Of a stretch of 64,000 nucleotides of DNA, positions 52,819-64,000 are shown piece by piece; positions within the stretch are counted from its first letter, which is position 1; each line of letters starts with the position of its first letter. The notes under the pieces are model-generated. The model worked only from the letters and a program-made list of their open reading frames with translations. It was not told the origin of the DNA and made no database searches. The position numbers were made by a program, and so were the translations under genes. The stretch comes from Podarcis tiliguerta (Eukaryota), in the NCBI GenBank assembly GCA_965153285.1, contig OZ229123.1; one strand, given 5' to 3'.

Positions 52819-53325
52819 TATCTGTTAAACTTCCAAATCTGATACTGCTAAGAATTGGGAGGTTATGGGGCAAAACAGAGAGTATTTCTAAAAGCATGAA
52901 GGATATTTCAATAGCCCTACAGACAACAACACTCACACATTACAATTCTATTAACATATTTTATAGAATAGTATAGCGGCTCTGAGCAGGGAAGAGGGTA
53001 GTTCTCTTCAGGGTTGGAGACTGAAGATGCCAACAGAGGGACTTATATTAAGAGATGGTGAAGAAAGTGCACAGTGGAATACGACACCATGCAGACAAAG
53101 AGGGAGAAGGAGCATAAAATAAGACCTTTTGCTTTTAAGGTGTTGGGAGCAGAAGCCCAGGAGACAAAAATGGGGAAAGTTGGGGGATACTTCTGGTAGA
53201 CTATAAAGACAGGCCTATAGGTTTTTGGAGAGAGGATCCTGACACCTGAAGGCAGCCCTGTATAGGGAAGCTATTTATGGCTCAATGTTTTATTTTGTTT
53301 TTATATATGTTGAAAGCTGCCCAAC

Positions 53326-53372
53326 ATATTATTATTATTATTAGTACTACTACTACTACTACTACTACTAGC
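53326..53372. repeat. (TAT)n/(TAC)n microsatellite
   Basis: Seen directly. Confidence 0.85.
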
Positions 53373-55441
53373 AGTAGTATTTGAGAGTAGGCTATGAATC
53401 AGGAATACCCTAGTTCACATCCCCACTCTGGCACCTGCTAACTGAGTGATTTTATACAAGTTACTATTCCCTTAACCACAAACCCTATATCTGCAATATG
53501 AGGATAACAACCTTTGCTATGGGGCTATTGTGAGAATTATAGAAGAACATTGAGTTAGAGCCAAAGATGGTCTTCCTGCTCATAAACAGTTTTGCACAAA
53601 TGTGCTAAGTTAAACACACCTAGTGGTATCCTTGTTCCACTGGCAAAATGTTTTGTGCCAGTGGAAGATTGCAGAGCAAGAGAATGCATAAGCAGGCTGC
53701 TAGTAATTTTGTTGCACAAAAGACTGTGTAATCTGTTGCACTCTGAACTTCCACTAACACAACTGCTACATTATTTCTTCTGTTCTGCAACTCACCTGTC
53801 TGCTAGCACAAGACAGACAGAGAGTACTGGATACAACCCACAGAGAGCATCCCTGGCAACACCAACTTAAGAGCGCTCTGTGCTTAACATGGCATCTCAC
53901 CTAGCAGGAGGCCTATTTTAAAAGCAGCTACAACCATTTCACAAAATCAGCATTCTTGCTGATGGAAATGTAGCTAACACTGGAGTAAGCTTCATCTTAC
54001 TAATGCTCTAGGAATACTGTACTTTGTAAGCCCACTGCAAACCCCTTGCTAGAATAGAGCGAATAGAACTTATCAAGCTATTTAGAAAAGCTGTCACAAT
54101 ACCAACCATCCCACTCATGATCTTGATAAAGAGAAGCTACTTAAGAGGGATTATGAGCCAAAATACTCACAGGCTCTGCAACCATGAAAGGAAACCTGTT
54201 TGAAAAGTGCTTGCAAAGTAATGACAGAAAGAAAGCACTCAATGAAAACAGATCAGCAGAGTCAATTTCCTAGCAGAAATGGAAGATTATCACAGGCTGG
54301 GCAAGATTAATACACACTGTGCAAATGAAAAACTGACAGCATTTGGGGAAAATAAAGAGCTGGTTAGAGGTCCTTAGACAAGCTGACTCTGCACCAGCAC
54401 TTCAATATACACGGGACCTTTTGCTAGACTGTCTGATGGTTAACAACTGGTGATATATTTAGCTATTTAAGAAGTATTCACATACCTAAAGATTTGAACA
54501 CACAGGAGGAAGACGTTTAATGTCCCATTTTCATATAAATGGAGGAAATAAATGCCGCTTCCTTGTACGGTAAAGACTATTTCCTAAGCAACATGCAGTC
54601 AATCATTCCATAATGTAAATTATTCTTTCTGAAGTTCTCCTTTTTTGAATCTGTTAAAGTCATGTGTTAAGTTCTGTAAAAATACTCCAGCTCTTCTTTG
54701 AACAAACCTTGCTTTTATAGTGTGCGTGCACAGCATAAATTTTAGAAGTTCAAGAATATTCAGACATTCTCTTTTGAAATTGGTATTTCTGAAACATTAA
54801 TGATAATTTTTAGCAGTTTTCAGTAAAAAAAATGTTCTGGATTTACGGAATGTTCACAATATGATAGAATTTGAATTATTGCCACCACACATTTGGCTCC
54901 CTGTTTCAATGAAGAATTAACATAGTCAACTCTCTTTCTGCACTTAATACAGGGCTGCAGCACCTTTATGAAGAATGCACAACAACTTATTTTGCAAAAA
55001 AAGCGCCCAAAACTTAAAAGTGTAGTCTTAAGCTCTCTTACTCTGCAGTAAGCCCCACTGAGACTCCATGCAAACGTGCTCAAGACTATGCTGTTGTCTT
55101 GGTAAATTCTGTCCTTCGTAAATTCCAGTTAAGGCAGCCTTCGTTCATTGTGACCAAATCTCCTCTGAAGTTCCCATTTTAAAATACAGTTAATTTGCCA
55201 GATAATAAGACGTTTGCTGCAGTACAGAATAAAGGCTTGGCATGCTCAAAGATGATTGTGATGGATATTCCGCCTTCAGCAAACTCACTGTGTTTTCACT
55301 AAAACAATCATTTAATTTTAACCCCATATTCATCTCATAGGTAGAAAGCAATAAATTAAGTTATTGCTTATAATTTAAGCAACCAGTATGTCAAGGACAA
55401 TACCTAACAGGCTTAACCAACATGCCCTAACCATTTATCTA

Positions 55442-55828
<387 letters not shown>

Positions 55829-57423
55829 TCATGTTCATGCACTCCACCCCCTTCCAAGGTGCCAGGAGGACTTTGGCAGCGTTTACTTTCATTTTCAAGT
55901 AATCTCAGCTTGTCACTGCATGTGAACCAGGGATCACGGTTGTAACAAACACTTGTCAGTTTTAAAACAAGCCAGCTTCAAGCAATGAGTAAGTGTTGCC
56001 AAATTTCTGCTGCCGGATGTGCGGGAGGAGAGCAGTGCCTAAGCCTAATGCCCACTCTTGTTCATTTCAGCTCATGACGTTGTTTAATGTGGCACAGAAA
56101 CACAGCCAGTATCTCATCCCTACATGCTGAATAAATAGGTGTCAAAACCATGTCAGAACTGAATATTACTGGCAATTTAGTTTTGAGGAGTGGGCTAAAA
56201 TATGTTGTACGATTGTGGGTCTAATCCAGCCTTCCTTTCATCCATGAGGTTGTTTCAAGAAAGCCACATCTACTTATCCTACACCTGACACTATATATGT
56301 AAGGGTGAGGATTGGCTGAATGGGTATTTGCAGGCACTGTGCAGTGCTTCCCAGTGTCCAAGAACCAGCTTGCAAAGCACTTTATGCAGCACTGGCTGTC
56401 AGCACAACGTACTTTGGAGGCCCTGTGCTTGGTGTTTCCGAAGCCCCAGCCTACTGGGATGGCAAAGTCATTGCACAGGCATTTCTGAAGTGCCCAACAA
56501 TCAGCGGGCTGTTGGGCATTTGGGAAACGCTGTGCAAGGGACTAGGATCTGTCACCTGATGTCATTAGGATGTCAGATGGAAGAGGAACAAGCTTGTTTT
56601 CTGCTGCCCAGAGGAGAGGATTCCAATTACAAGGAAGGAGATTCTGACAGAGAGAGCTGTTTGATAGTGACATGGACTACGTCAGAAGGTGGTGGACTGG
56701 AGGTATTTGAACAGAGGTTGAAAAGCCACCTGTCAGGGATTCTTTAGCCATGATTGCTGCATTGGGGGAGTTGGACTAGATGACCCCTGTAGTCCTCTCA
56801 ACTCTACAATTCTGGGATTGACAGATGAGATAAGGATTTGACTTGTTGAGATGGAACTGCCCCCCCCCCCCCCGCTATATTCAATCCATACACCACAGGT
56901 TATTCTACTTTGAAGGTAGCTTAAGTTACAATAATAAAGACCTATCAACAGATAGCAAAGCAGATTCAAGGACAGGTACCCGAGATTAAGTTGCAGCTAA
57001 GATTCACTTGTAAGGGTTGAGCAAGTGTTAGCTCCCATTTCTGTAGGGAGAGAAGTGAAAACCTATAGGTTTACATTCTTTGTTTGTATACTGTATTACA
57101 TTATGCTTGAGGCAAGGAAAAGGCAATTTACACAGCCAAGAGTTGTTGGGAAAACAACAGAAATAGAGACACAGGTGCTTTGTAAATGATTGATAAGGTT
57201 TAAAATCATCCATCTAGTCTTAATACAACGGATGTGGTCATCGCCTCACTTAGGAGTATTGTTTTACTAATAAATTACACTTTGGATTTTTTTTTAACCC
57301 TCAAATTAGAAGCAACACACATATTTAGGTATTTGAGAATTTAAACATTTTCATTCATGCAGTGTCTTCCTCTACAATTAATGTCAGAAACTAAAGATAT
57401 TTTGAACCCAGAAGGGCACTTAC

Positions 57424-57461
57424 CTTCGGGTACAACAACAATGTTGTTTGAATGGAGGTAT
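57424..57461 (-). CDS. LRRC28: LRRC28 coding exon (exon 4), 38 nt, YLHSNNIVVVPE
   Basis: ctcttccag|ATACCTCCATTCAAAC...CCCGAAG|gtaagt; LRR consensus LxLxxNxI; phase compatible. Confidence 0.94.
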
Positions 57462-60400
57462 CTGGAAGAGAACAGAACATTTTCAAGGGCCGGCTGATAA
57501 GAGCAGGTGGCAAATATTCATAGATGAAACTTGATCAAAGACAGCATGCTGTATTTTTTCTTCCTTCATTTCTGCAAAGGTAATGCTCATATGGCAAACT
57601 ATGACTGAGAGACAGTACCCTGAGTTTTGATCACTCTGCCTAAAACAGGACTCACACTCCCAAGTTTTCCTGAATCAGATTTCCTCCTCTTTCATATTGA
57701 GATTAGATAAAAAATTTCACATTTGTTACCAGGCTGCTCTGTACATAATGCAGCTACCATCATATATGGTTTCCAAGACAATGCCTTGTGGGAAGGAACC
57801 CAGGAAAGAGAATAGAGAGGCAGACAAGCAGAGACCTACGTCTTCACCTACCCCCAACTGGGCTAGTTTTTGTTTTGTTTCCAATGTCTGGCTTTTAACA
57901 AATCCATGCATTTTTAAAAAGCTGTGAGCCTTAAAAAGCTGGGTGTTAAATCTGCTGAATAAATATATGTTTTGGATCATAGAAGAATCACAATATGCAC
58001 AGCAGTTGTTTCCCTAATACTCACTTTGTTGGCAAAGGTGTAAGATAAATATATAAATAAGTCATGTCAAACAACTGTGTCATATGACTGAAACAAAGTA
58101 GCCTGAGGTGAGTGTGTTGATACATCCTCCCTGCTCTAAACCAGCCCAGGGGCAGTGGGCACCTAGAACCTTTTAGCTGTTTCCTCTCAGCAAGGATCCC
58201 TGTGGAATTCATTCTGTGACTGAGTAAAGCATGCCTCCTATTTAGTTCTCAGAAGTAGGTTTGAGAATGTGATGGAGAAGCTCATAGGGATACCATTCAC
58301 AAGAAGAGCCTTCACATGGCCCTCTGGCACTTGGGAGACTGTGAAAAATCAGTCATGGAATCAGCCTTATCAGAGTCCTGAAAATTCATTTTAGACAATT
58401 TTTTCATACACCACAAGAGTCAGAAGTGCAGGAATCATCAGATCGTTTTATATTTTTACAGCATCTTCTCAGATTTATTTCAATATTTAAAAAATTCTAA
58501 TGTCAACATTCATTGGCAAACTGTACAAATGGTGTTCTTGTTTATTATTTAAGTTTACATGTTTTACTTTATTCTATAAAAAGGATAATCATCAAGTGAA
58601 AGCATACTGACAAGCCCAGGCAAGTTGAGGCCAGGATATAGAAAGCTATTTTAGTTTTGTCCGAGCGTTTGCATGTGCCCCGTTCCATCTTACAATCTGT
58701 TTTTGAAGGTCCATTTACTTTCAAAAGCATTCTGCCTTCTGGCATGGGAGGCTGGTATTCAAGAAATACAAGCCCAAATAACTTGTGTGGTTCTTTGGAT
58801 CCTGGTCTATATTTACCATCATAGGCTGGTAAAATTTTATATAGTGCTCTCTGGTGGTGAATATTTGCAGTTACTGCTATTCAGAAATAAGTATGTGCTA
58901 TTCTCTTCAAATTGAGATTTGCTAGATGTCTCAAGGTAGTTAGATGTTATTTACTGCTTGAAAACTGAACTTTTGCTCATTCAACATAGAAAAGGGGTAT
59001 GCAGGATAAGTAACCTGATGGAAGTATTGGGTTGATTCTTGCTTCAGGAGAATTCAAACTTGAAGGTATTATGGTGGTAGAAGATGAAAATTATGGCTTA
59101 TAGTCAGAGTTCCAAGTTGAAGTTTTGTTTTTGTTTTTCAAAGGAATCTATATTAAAGATTCTAGACAGTGCTATGGAGTTTGAAAACAAGGGAGATTTT
59201 CCCCCATGTTAAAAATAGCCATCCTGGAAGTAGAAGGTACATTCACAAATTAAGGACCATGTGGTAACTCTGGATCAATTAGCCAATCAAAATTCTCATA
59301 TGTTCTTAATCAGGATCCCAAGAATTACATCAAGCATGCCAAAAGTTTCGAATGTGCTCAGTGGTGTGGTGCTTTTTTTTCTTCTTCTTTCAAAAAAGGC
59401 TGTTAGCTGAAACTCATTGGAGTTTCAGAAACAAATTGATACTGCAGAGGGATCTGTTTTTCAAAAGATTACCCAATATAAGAGTGCAGCTGTTTAGGAA
59501 ACACCAGTTCAAAGACGCAGTGAGCATGTGGAAATAGCCATGTCACTATTTAGATGTAGCCTTTGCATGTCCACTTTAAAACTTGGATATTTCTAAATAC
59601 CATAATAGAAAGAGAAATAGTCACCAACAGAAAGATTATGTAAATCAGAATCTACGGCTCCATGATGTTAAATGTTTCTATTCATTTTGAGAGCTGTTTC
59701 CAAAACAACAAGAACTTTACATAATTTTAATTCCTAGAAGTCAGCACTAGTTTTTATTAACCCAGATGGGTCACAATACCAGGGATGCTAGGGAAACTTA
59801 TTTGAAGATCCAAAATCTGTGAGCCTATAAAGCAATGCAAATTATAGCTATAGCAAGGAGTTTCATCCTGCTGACAACTAGTGTGCCCTTTTTTTCATTG
59901 CTGCTCCTCAGTTAGGTTTTACTATCTGATACACATTAGCAAGATTACTATTATTATGATTCATCCTGCATGCAGATCCCAACCTTTTACTATCCAGCAA
60001 AAGACACAGGAAAAAGGGTTAGGGGGCATGACATAATTAAGACAAGAATATTTAATGTGTATTAAACAAGCTCTCTCTGGTTTTCAGAGCTTCTAAAATT
60101 ACCCTCCCTCCAAACCTTAATTTCAGGCAGGATTTTCTTATGGCCTCATCAGATAATCTTTTTTAAGTGCCTGGTGGCAAAACACGAAGCATATCACAAA
60201 AGCTGTACTTCAGCTTCATTATGAAATAGAATTCACCTCAGACAAGATGAGGCAAGATTAGTTCTTGAGTAAGCTACAGGCCATAGTGACCTGTAAGGCC
60301 TATTAGTTGCAGTGCAAATGCACAAACCAGAAAGGTGCAGCTTTCCAGGGGCAAGAAGAAAAAGCTCAAGTTTAGACTACACTCCTTGGTTATCTATGCC

Positions 60401-61251
60401 ATGTGACCCAAAACATCTTTAGTTCTACACATGCCCGTGACAGCACAGAGGACATAAAATGTGACCCGATACAGTCCTGGATACAATCACAATTCCAAAC
60501 TGGCTATTTAAATTTGCAAAGGTACATTTCCATGTTGCCATGCTTACTGGAATTGCTGCCAGGAAGCTGCAGCTGAAGGAATTCTTCATCAGCTAATGGT
60601 CGCATCACTGTAGGATGCTTCTTGTGTTGTATTTGTTCATAAATTGATTTTGGAGACATTGCTGAAAGGAGGTATATAAATTCTCCACTTTAAGGCTTTA
60701 GGCAATTTAGGGCTTTTCAGTCACAAAATAGCTGTGGTGCATCAATAAAACTGCTATCATATTTGCAAAGCTAAGTAGGATCCAGTATAGTTTCTAATTG
60801 GACGGAGGACCATGTGTTGAGATTTCTGTATTGTAAGGAGTTGGACTCATTGACCCCCAGGGTCCCTTCCACCCTACAATTCTATGATTCTATAACAGTT
60901 TACATATGAAATGTGCAATGGGGTTGACTATATTAGGAATACACGTGGTGTTTACTAGTCTCTTCTGCCCCCTGGCAGTTGATGTTATAATCCAGGTTTT
61001 AGGCTCCTTCCTTGAGAGGTAAGAGGCAGAAGGAGCTGTAGCTGGACTGTGGGATTGGCTGTTGGGTAAAGATGACAATCCAAAGAAGTGAACAGTCCAA
61101 GGAGGTATAGAGCCTTGCAGTAAGAAACATTCACTATTTTCAAAATGTAAACTCATCAATGGCTGATAATTTAATGGAACCACCAAGTACAAAGGTGGCA
61201 TGCCTATGAGTATTAGGCGCTAGCAACCAATAACAGATGTTTCTCCTAGAT

Positions 61252-61503
61252 CACAGGTCAGCAAACTTTTTCAGCAGGGGGGCGGTCCACCGTCCCTCAG
61301 ACCTTGTGGGAGACAGGACTATATTTTTTTTTGGGGGGGATGGAGAAATTCCTATGCCCCACAAATAACCCAGAGATGCATTTTAAATAAAAGGACACAT
61401 TCAACTCATGTAAAAACATGCTGATTCCCGGACTGTCCGTGGGACAAATTTAGAACGCGATTGGGCCAGATCCGGCCCCCAAGCCTTAGTTTGCCTACCC
61501 ATG
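61252..61503. mobile_element. hAT-Charlie-like MITE, same family as 11883 but with a single internal unit
   Basis: Perfect 8-bp TSD TCCTAGAT (61244-61251 / 61504-61511). Confidence 0.85.
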
Positions 61504-61768
61504 TCCTAGATGCATTAGCCAAGCCAGAGTTGGAAGCAGAATACTGGATGAGATTAACTTTAGTCCAATATAGAAAGATAATCTATGTTCTTAGCCAATG
61601 CAAAGAGCACTCCTATTTGTGAACATACCCCTCTCTCCTACTCCAAAACATATTACAAATTTGCACTTGGAACTCCCTGGCTATTGAGATTAGGCAGGTG
61701 TCTTTGCTGGACTCTTTTTGGCACCCGCTTAAGACGTTTTTGTTTAGGCAAGCCTATCCAGACATGCA

Positions 61769-62011
61769 GAAGAAGAAGAGTTTGGATTTGATATCCCGCC
61801 TTTCACTCCCTTTAAGGAGTCTCAAAGCGGCTAACATTCTCCTTTCCCTTCCTCCCCCACAACAAACACTCTGTGAGGTGAGTGGGGCTGAGAGACTTCA
61901 AAGAAGTGTGACTGGCCCAAGGTCACCCAGCTGCTGCATGTGGAGGAGCGGAGACGTGAACCCAGTTCCCCAGATTACGAGACTACCGCTCTTAACCACT
62001 ACACCACACTG
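61769..62011 (-). mobile_element. Squam3-type SINE inserted in an L2-like 3' end
   Basis: Near-identical to 38300-38548; flanked by L2-like sequence (about 61660-62140). Confidence 0.85.
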
Positions 62012-62602
62012 TAGTTTACATGGAGCTTACAGTTCATTTTAATTCCCCTCTGAATGTTTTTAATACCGGTTTTTAATTGTCTTTTATTGGTAATATTAAT
62101 GTTTTATCATTTTTTGTAAGTGACCTAGGGTTTCATTACCATCAATTAATTTTGTCAAATAGAACAAAACAAAAAATAAAAAATATTGCATTCCAGTAGA
62201 TTTTACAAAAGCAATATTCAAAAATTAGTGTTCATTCTGGATACTTTTAACAAAAGAATGGGATTTAAATTCTACATTTATTATATTTCTATGCAAAGAT
62301 AGACTTTTTTCAGTTCTCTTAGCAAACAAACTAGGAGCTACAGCCTGAATGCAGAAATCTTTGGCATGGTGGTCCCTCCAAGCTGTCCCTTGAACCACTA
62401 TCTTGAAGCATATGAAGAGACAGCACATGAGTGAAATTAGGTCACGGAAAGGCACTAGGACAAAACAGACTAGCTCTTTAACAAACTAGATTGTTCCAAA
62501 ACGAATTGTAAGATATTTACCTATATAACTTCAGCACCCTACGTTTAAGAAACTCATTAAATTAAAGGGCAGAATATAAGGAACAAGACACCACACACTC
62601 AC

Positions 62603-62643
62603 AGTTCCACAAGGTTTGGAAGCTTCTGGGCAAGGTTTTCCGG
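62603..62643 (-). CDS. LRRC28: LRRC28 coding exon (human exon 3 equivalent), 41 nt, PENLAQKLPNLVEL
   Basis: Minus strand tttttag|CCGGAAAAC...GTGGAACT|gtgagt; peptide matches recalled vertebrate LRRC28; phase 0 to phase 2, fits the next exon. Confidence 0.93.
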
Positions 62644-64000
62644 CTAAAAAAGAAAATTGTGAAGTTTTTGTTTAGTTTTTAAAGAAAGACTCGATATCTA
62701 ACTGGCAAACTAGTTTGCCAAATTCAAGATGGAACTAACATGAGGCTCTGAGTGTCAGAAATCCAAAACAGGGAACAACTGTTTTATGTGGCCCACCACC
62801 CCATCTGGCACTGATAATGAAACCTGGCTTAGAGCCTAGACTTGGATGACAGCGACTGTTGTCACTGGAAAGATGAAAGAATTTCAATATGCCAAGAAGG
62901 CCTGAAGATATCAAAACACAGAGGGTGGAGCTAGCTTCCAAATTGGGCTCTAGAAGAACAGCAGACACCTTCTACACTAATCAATCATTGTGCCAAAATA
63001 TTAACAAGTGTGATTAGCATCTTCCAAGTTCAACATGTACTGATAATGCAGATAAACTCACATAGCATATACATTCTTTAGCATGTAATAACTTAGAAAT
63101 GCCCACTGAATATTCAGGTGACTTTACAATAGCCTAAGGCAGAGTCCTATTAGCTACTCTAATGTTAAGTCAGTATGCCAATATTTTTCAATTACTATAA
63201 TGCATTCTCCAGACAGCCAGAAGTCTTCTAAATATGGAGATCTTCTAAAGCAACATTTTATAAGAGATCATGTTACAGCAGCCATGTCATGCAATTTCCA
63301 CATGAAGTGCATGATGTTAGTTTTGTCTTACACAACTCTGCAGGGGTCCTATTTCACAAACAGATTGCCAGTGTATTACTGGCAGTCAGATATTTTCTTT
63401 ACTGTGGTGCTGAAGCTTGATTCCAGGATAATATTTTGAAGGTCTTGAAAGCTCACTTTCACTGAGAAAGGCAGCACGTCCAATATGTGTGCCTCTCATG
63501 CCCCAATTTATACATGACAGTTTGCGGCTTTTTCCTACGTAGTGGTTTTCAAGCAAGAAAAAGGTCAGACTTGAAGTGGCTCTACATTATACCAAATTTA
63601 GCTTTTATGTTCAACCAGGGTAGGACTGCCCATTTCAACACTCAGATTGCCATCCTTCCTTTGGCCAGCATTTCCCTGCTGTTTTCAAACACAGCATATG
63701 CAGTATAGTTCTTAGCCAGAAGCAGTCTCATAATTCTTCTGCTTGTTTTCCATCCCATGCTGCAAAAATCTTGAGTTGTGGTTTCCACCTACTGGGGAAT
63801 TAACGCTAAAACACACTGATTTCCCTCCTAAGCAATTTTGGTAGCCTTAGCAGCACCTGGTGTCCTTGTTATTAGGTTCCATTTTTTAAACATACATTCA
63901 TAAATAGATAAATACAATCATGTAAGTGTAGAAGATAAAACAAAAACTAGCTCAGTTACTTTACCAGCACTTGTATAAATTGTATAAGCAACCAAGTCTG

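Noticed and set aside
62644-64000. LRRC28 start-codon exon
   Set aside because: No match to the recalled N-terminus (MASEL...KHKNLFLNYRNL); it must lie beyond the window

Overview
Vertebrate (squamate, most likely lacertid lizard, judged from Sauria/Squam1 and Squam3-type SINEs) genomic DNA, so almost all entries in the ORF track are spurious. The minus strand carries eight coding exons of LRRC28 (62643 down to 19419). All introns have canonical GT-AG ends and compatible phases. The exons total 936 nt, giving 311 aa plus stop; the ATG-containing exon lies beyond the right edge. Positions 1-~18.8 kb are downstream intergenic DNA, presumably toward MEF2A by amniote synteny (recalled, not visible here). 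The rest is a dense set of transposable elements, many with readable target-site duplications (TSDs): 8 Sauria SINE copies, 2 Squam3-type SINEs, Tc1/mariner-pogo MITEs, several hAT elements, a solo LTR, a 6-bp-TSD DNA element, a Harbinger-like MITE and CR1/L2/L1 fragments. The most notable observation is an intronic hAT relic that supplies an in-frame splice acceptor, a transposase reading frame and a poly(A) signal to LRRC28, making it a candidate host-transposase fusion exon. Also notable are LRR-integer symmetric exons with a (TG)n acceptor flanked by inverted repeats, reciprocal SINE/MITE nesting, and a multi-layer nested TE stack. Exon numbers follow the human gene as recalled from memory. 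No database searches were run.
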